A DNA stretch of 64,000 bases from Candidatus Dojkabacteria bacterium (lineage in GTDB: Bacteria; Patescibacteriota; Dojkabacteria; SC72; JAFGCJ01). Below are positions 60,598-64,000 of the stretch, in pieces (the first letter of the stretch is position 1; every line of letters begins with the position of its first letter). Both the position numbers and the translations under genes were made by a program. The notes under the pieces are model-generated. The model saw only the letters and a program-made list of their open reading frames with translations. It did not search any database and was not told the DNA's origin. The DNA lies in assembly GCA_016929645.1 (NCBI GenBank), contig JAFGIK010000028.1, forward strand, positions 11,402 to 75,401. Reading direction: 5' to 3'.

Positions 60598-62097
60598 ATG
60601 CTAAACCTAGAAAACCTTACATTTTCATACACAAATGATCCTATCCTTTCTGAGGTTAATGCTGTTATTGGTTCAAATCAAAAAGTAGGATTAATTGGAG
60701 TAAACGGCGCAGGAAAATCAACATTATTGAAGATAATCACAGGTTCACTTATTCCCGAGTCAGGGCAAGTCAAACTTCCTCCCAAATACGGATACATTTC
60801 TCAGGAGTTGAATAAGGATCTTGACGACAACAAATTCAAAACTATTTTAGATTTTGTTAATCAAGAACGAAAATTTGAAGCTTATGAGGTTGCTATTCTG
60901 CTTAACAAAATTGGAATGTCTGACAAACTCCCTGAAAGCGAATTTTATTCATTAAGTGGAGGACAAAAGACTAAAGTTGCTATTATAAAGCTGCTACTAG
61001 AGCAACCAGACCTATTAATCCTTGATGAACCAACGAACTTTCTAGATATTAATTCTGCAAATTGGCTCATGAACTATTTGTGTGATTTTAAGGGTGCAAT
61101 TTTAGTTGTTTCTCATGATCTGCGTTTAATGAATCGTGCAATTGACAAAATATGGTTTCTTAATGAATTTACTCACAAAATCGAACAGTATAAAGGAAAT
61201 TATGATCACTTTTTAATGATAAAAGAGGAAGAAGATAAAAGTCTTGTAAGGAAAATGAAAAAAGAGGCACGAGACTACCAACGATTACTGAGAATCGCCA
61301 AAAACTTAGCCAAGAATACTAAAACAGAATTGAAATCTAAATCTGCAAAATATAGAGAACAGGCAAAAGAATTTAAAGAGAATATGACCAAAAGACAAAA
61401 CAAATCGAGGAAAATTCGTATAAAAATCGATATCAAAAAGACTCCAGGATACAAGATAGTATCTGTTAAAAACGTATCAAGATCGTTTGATACTGATACT
61501 GGAAATAAACAAGTTCTTGTAGATATAAACTTTGAACTAAAGAGAAGAGACCGCCTTGTCGTAATCGGAAAAAACGGCGTAGGAAAGACAACTCTACTTA
61601 AGATAGTCAGCCAAAGACTTGAGGCAGAAAATGGTCCAGAGGGAAAGGCAGAAATTGAATTTGGATACAATGTAGACATTGGCTATTACAGCCAGGAATA
61701 CGAGAATATTGACCAATCACTAAGTGCTATAGATTTGGTTCCGGAACGAGATAAAGGACGTTTTAGAAGCTTTCTTGGTAATTTTTTATTTACTCGGGAC
61801 AAAGTTTTTCAGCAAATATCATCTCTTTCTGGAGGAGAAAAGACTAGACTCGCTTTAGCAAAAATGTTTTTTGAGGGACATAACTTTCTTTTACTGGATG
61901 AACCAACCACTTTTCTGGATCCGGCATCTCAAGAGGTTTTAATTGAATTCTTATCACAGTTTAATGAAACATTTATACTTGTCTCACATCACCCAGAATT
62001 AGTACAGGAAGTAAATCCGACTCACGCACTTTTATTACCAGAGGAAAACTTTGCAATATATGAAGAGTCAATGCTTGATAGGGTAACTGTTTATTGA
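60598..62097 (+). CDS. ABC-F family ATPase
   Basis: Two NBDs (GVNGAGKST/LSGGQ/LDEPT; GKNGVGKTT/LSGGE/LDEPT), GNYDHF linker, no TMD. Confidence 0.93.
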   Translation: MLNLENLTFSYTNDPILSEVNAVIGSNQKVGLIGVNGAGKSTLLKIITGSLIPESGQVKLPPKYGYISQELNKDLDDNKFKTILDFVNQERKFEAYEVAILLNKIGMSDKLPESEFYSLSGGQKTKVAIIKLLLEQPDLLILDEPTNFLDINSANWLMNYLCDFKGAILVVSHDLRLMNRAIDKIWFLNEFTHKIEQYKGNYDHFLMIKEEEDKSLVRKMKKEARDYQRLLRIAKNLAKNTKTELKSKSAKYREQAKEFKENMTKRQNKSRKIRIKIDIKKTPGYKIVSVKNVSRSFDTDTGNKQVLVDINFELKRRDRLVVIGKNGVGKTTLLKIVSQRLEAENGPEGKAEIEFGYNVDIGYYSQEYENIDQSLSAIDLVPERDKGRFRSFLGNFLFTRDKVFQQISSLSGGEKTRLALAKMFFEGHNFLLLDEPTTFLDPASQEVLIEFLSQFNETFILVSHHPELVQEVNPTHALLLPEENFAIYEESMLDRVTVY

Positions 62098-62160
62098 TGC
62101 CAATGTAGTTAATAGACAGATATTCAAAAGAAACTAACTTTTAATAGAGATGAAATATTC

Positions 62161-62574
62161 ATGAAAACACTTACAAGAGAAGACATAAAAAATATATTTA
62201 AAAAAGTTAAAAAACTTAGAATACCAAAGGATTTACTATCTATAGATTTTGAAAAAATGAAATATTTCGCTTGGCTGGAGCCTTCATCTCAAGAGGTATT
62301 CATGATCTATGAATATAATGGTAAGCAGGAAGGCATTAAATGGGACACTACAAAAGCCTCAAAATCAAGCACAAAAATGGCATTTTGTGAGATTTGCAAA
62401 AAGCACAGAAGCAAAAACGAAATATTATTAATAACAGCCAAGACAAAAAACAAGCCTAAAGGTGTAAATTCACAAACAAGAGGAAACTTTATTTGTTCTG
62501 ATTTCGCTACGTGCAATGAAAGTATGGACGATCTCGATGGGATAAACAGTTTGTACGATTTAATATTCAAATAA
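62161..62574 (+). CDS. FusB/FusC-like C-terminal treble-clef zinc-finger (FBP) protein
   Basis: FKKVKKLRIP..YFAW, FCEIC, GNFICSDFATCN. Confidence 0.8.
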   Translation: MKTLTREDIKNIFKKVKKLRIPKDLLSIDFEKMKYFAWLEPSSQEVFMIYEYNGKQEGIKWDTTKASKSSTKMAFCEICKKHRSKNEILLITAKTKNKPKGVNSQTRGNFICSDFATCNESMDDLDGINSLYDLIFK

Positions 62575-62581
62575 TGAGTAT

Positions 62582-63985
62582 TTAATCTTCATACAATAGC
62601 ATTACATCGTTATTTTTTAATGAAACAATAAAAGGAATGACAATCAACATCATGACTAAACCCTGAGGAAGAGTCCAAAAATAATGATCAAGAAAGAAAA
62701 TACATAAAACATAAGCAGATACAATTAATAGGTTAATAAAACTAATCTTTTGTGCTTTAAATCGCTCAATAGCAATTAATACTAATATGATAGATAAAAT
62801 GGCACTACCAATTATCCCATTTTCTACAAAAATCATCATAAAAACATTGTGTACCGGTTGAATAATCCTTACACCTTGAGCATTATAAACAGGAATATTA
62901 GATAGATATTTAACAAAGTTGCCCATACCAACTCCTGTAACAGAATTAGAACTTGCAATCTCAACGCTTTTCTCCATAAGCATTCGACGCTCAGTGACAC
63001 TTATATCCGTTTCAGATGATTGCTCAACCAGCCTATTCTTCAAAGCCCGAGCTAGATAATTATCGCTTTTCATAACCCACAAACCCAAACAAGCAATTGT
63101 AGTTAATGAAAAAATAATAAATCCTACAAAAATCTTTTTACTAAAATTTTTATAAAGAAAAATTATCATTCTTATGAAAATAACAGCAAATAATGCAAGC
63201 CAAGCAGTTCGAGACCAGGTCACAACAATACAGGTAATACAGAGCAGAAGCGAAATTGATAAAAATACTTTCAATAAATACTTTTTCTTTAATGTTTTCT
63301 CTTGGATAAGAGTCAATAGCCAATTAATAAGGATGAAACATATCAAAACAAGAAAACCACCTAAAATATTTGGATGTGGAAAAGTACCATACGATCTCAT
63401 CCGATAACCATCAGGAAGGTAAACAGCACTAGCATTAAATCCACCAACATGAACTCGAGATTCACCAAGAAAGAATAGACCTAACGGAGAATTTCGATAA
63501 AATTGTAGTAATCCGATAACCGCTTGTACAAGTCCAGAAAGGATTAATGAAATTTTCATGAAGCTCAGACCGAGTCTCGAGATAGACCGAGTCTCGACTT
63601 CATTAAATTTTAATAAATCAATCCACCAAATAATTCCAAGACCACAAACCAAGTACAACACAAATCTTGACGAAAAATAAAACACGATCCAATCTCTGAA
63701 AATCAAATTATGGATAATAAACCAGAATGAAATAGCTATTAATATAATTTTCTTTAATTTTTCATTAAAAACACCACAAAAAAAGAAAATTGAAATTAAT
63801 ACCAGACATAAAAAATCTACAATATTCACATAAAAATCAAGATAGTTAATGAAAAAACCATGCTGCAAAGTAAACCCAGAATAAAAATGGAAAACCCTAT
63901 TAAAAGGAAATAAAAACAAAAGACTGCAAATCAACAACAATGTAAGTTTTTCTCTAATGAAATTCTTATTTTTCAGAAGTGGCAA
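62582..63985 (-). CDS. O-antigen ligase/Wzy_C family membrane protein
   Basis: RSYGTFPHPNILGG, TWSRTAW, GVGMGNF, QPVHNVF..ENGIIG, DHYFWT. Confidence 0.9.
   Translation of the reverse strand: MPLLKNKNFIREKLTLLLICSLLFLFPFNRVFHFYSGFTLQHGFFINYLDFYVNIVDFLCLVLISIFFFCGVFNEKLKKIILIAISFWFIIHNLIFRDWIVFYFSSRFVLYLVCGLGIIWWIDLLKFNEVETRSISRLGLSFMKISLILSGLVQAVIGLLQFYRNSPLGLFFLGESRVHVGGFNASAVYLPDGYRMRSYGTFPHPNILGGFLVLICFILINWLLTLIQEKTLKKKYLLKVFLSISLLLCITCIVVTWSRTAWLALFAVIFIRMIIFLYKNFSKKIFVGFIIFSLTTIACLGLWVMKSDNYLARALKNRLVEQSSETDISVTERRMLMEKSVEIASSNSVTGVGMGNFVKYLSNIPVYNAQGVRIIQPVHNVFMMIFVENGIIGSAILSIILVLIAIERFKAQKISFINLLIVSAYVLCIFFLDHYFWTLPQGLVMMLIVIPFIVSLKNNDVMLLYED
63547..63613. repeat. Dispersed repeat copy B (full unit, core duplicated) within the O-antigen ligase gene
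   Basis: ATGAAATTTTCATGAAGCTCAGACCGAGTCTCGAGATAGACCGAGTCTCGACTTCATTAAATTTTAA. Confidence 0.8.
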
Positions 63986-64000
63986 ATCCGGTCAAAATTT

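Overview
AT-rich bacterial chromosome segment, standard genetic code (TGA used as stop). Gene content (PEGA, DUF4012, PilN/O, wHTH-NUDIX, RRM protein, near-absence of Shine-Dalgarno sites) suggests a Patescibacteria/CPR genome; this is inference. 1-29 kb is core: hrcA-grpE-dnaK with a CIRCE variant, rplY, rpoB-rpoC-rpsL-rpsG, ftsK-rodZ-like-dnaG-methyltransferase-rsmA, an envelope cluster, rpoD, pilN/O. A tmRNA at 32.5 kb precedes an accessory stretch (GIY-YIG, VanW-like, AAA-DUF4143, stop-interrupted GNAT, NUDIX, nuclease, MFS), followed by metG, valS, a sortase-type surface protein, ABC-F plus a FusB-like domain and an O-antigen ligase. The strongest signals are non-coding: (1) a Met-codon leader-peptide attenuator (MKTLNNSKLMMVMMMQNL) before a MetRS fused to a PheT-like OB fold and a B3/4 editing-type domain; (2) a transcriptional valS T-box with an apparently ultrashort Stem I; (3) a second uORF attenuator upstream of an MFS gene; (4) a tmRNA with a 34-codon tag; (5) a dispersed 30-67 bp repeat embedded in frame in coding sequences. 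No integrase, transposase, CRISPR, rRNA or tRNA was recognised. All structures were paired by eye; no searches were run.
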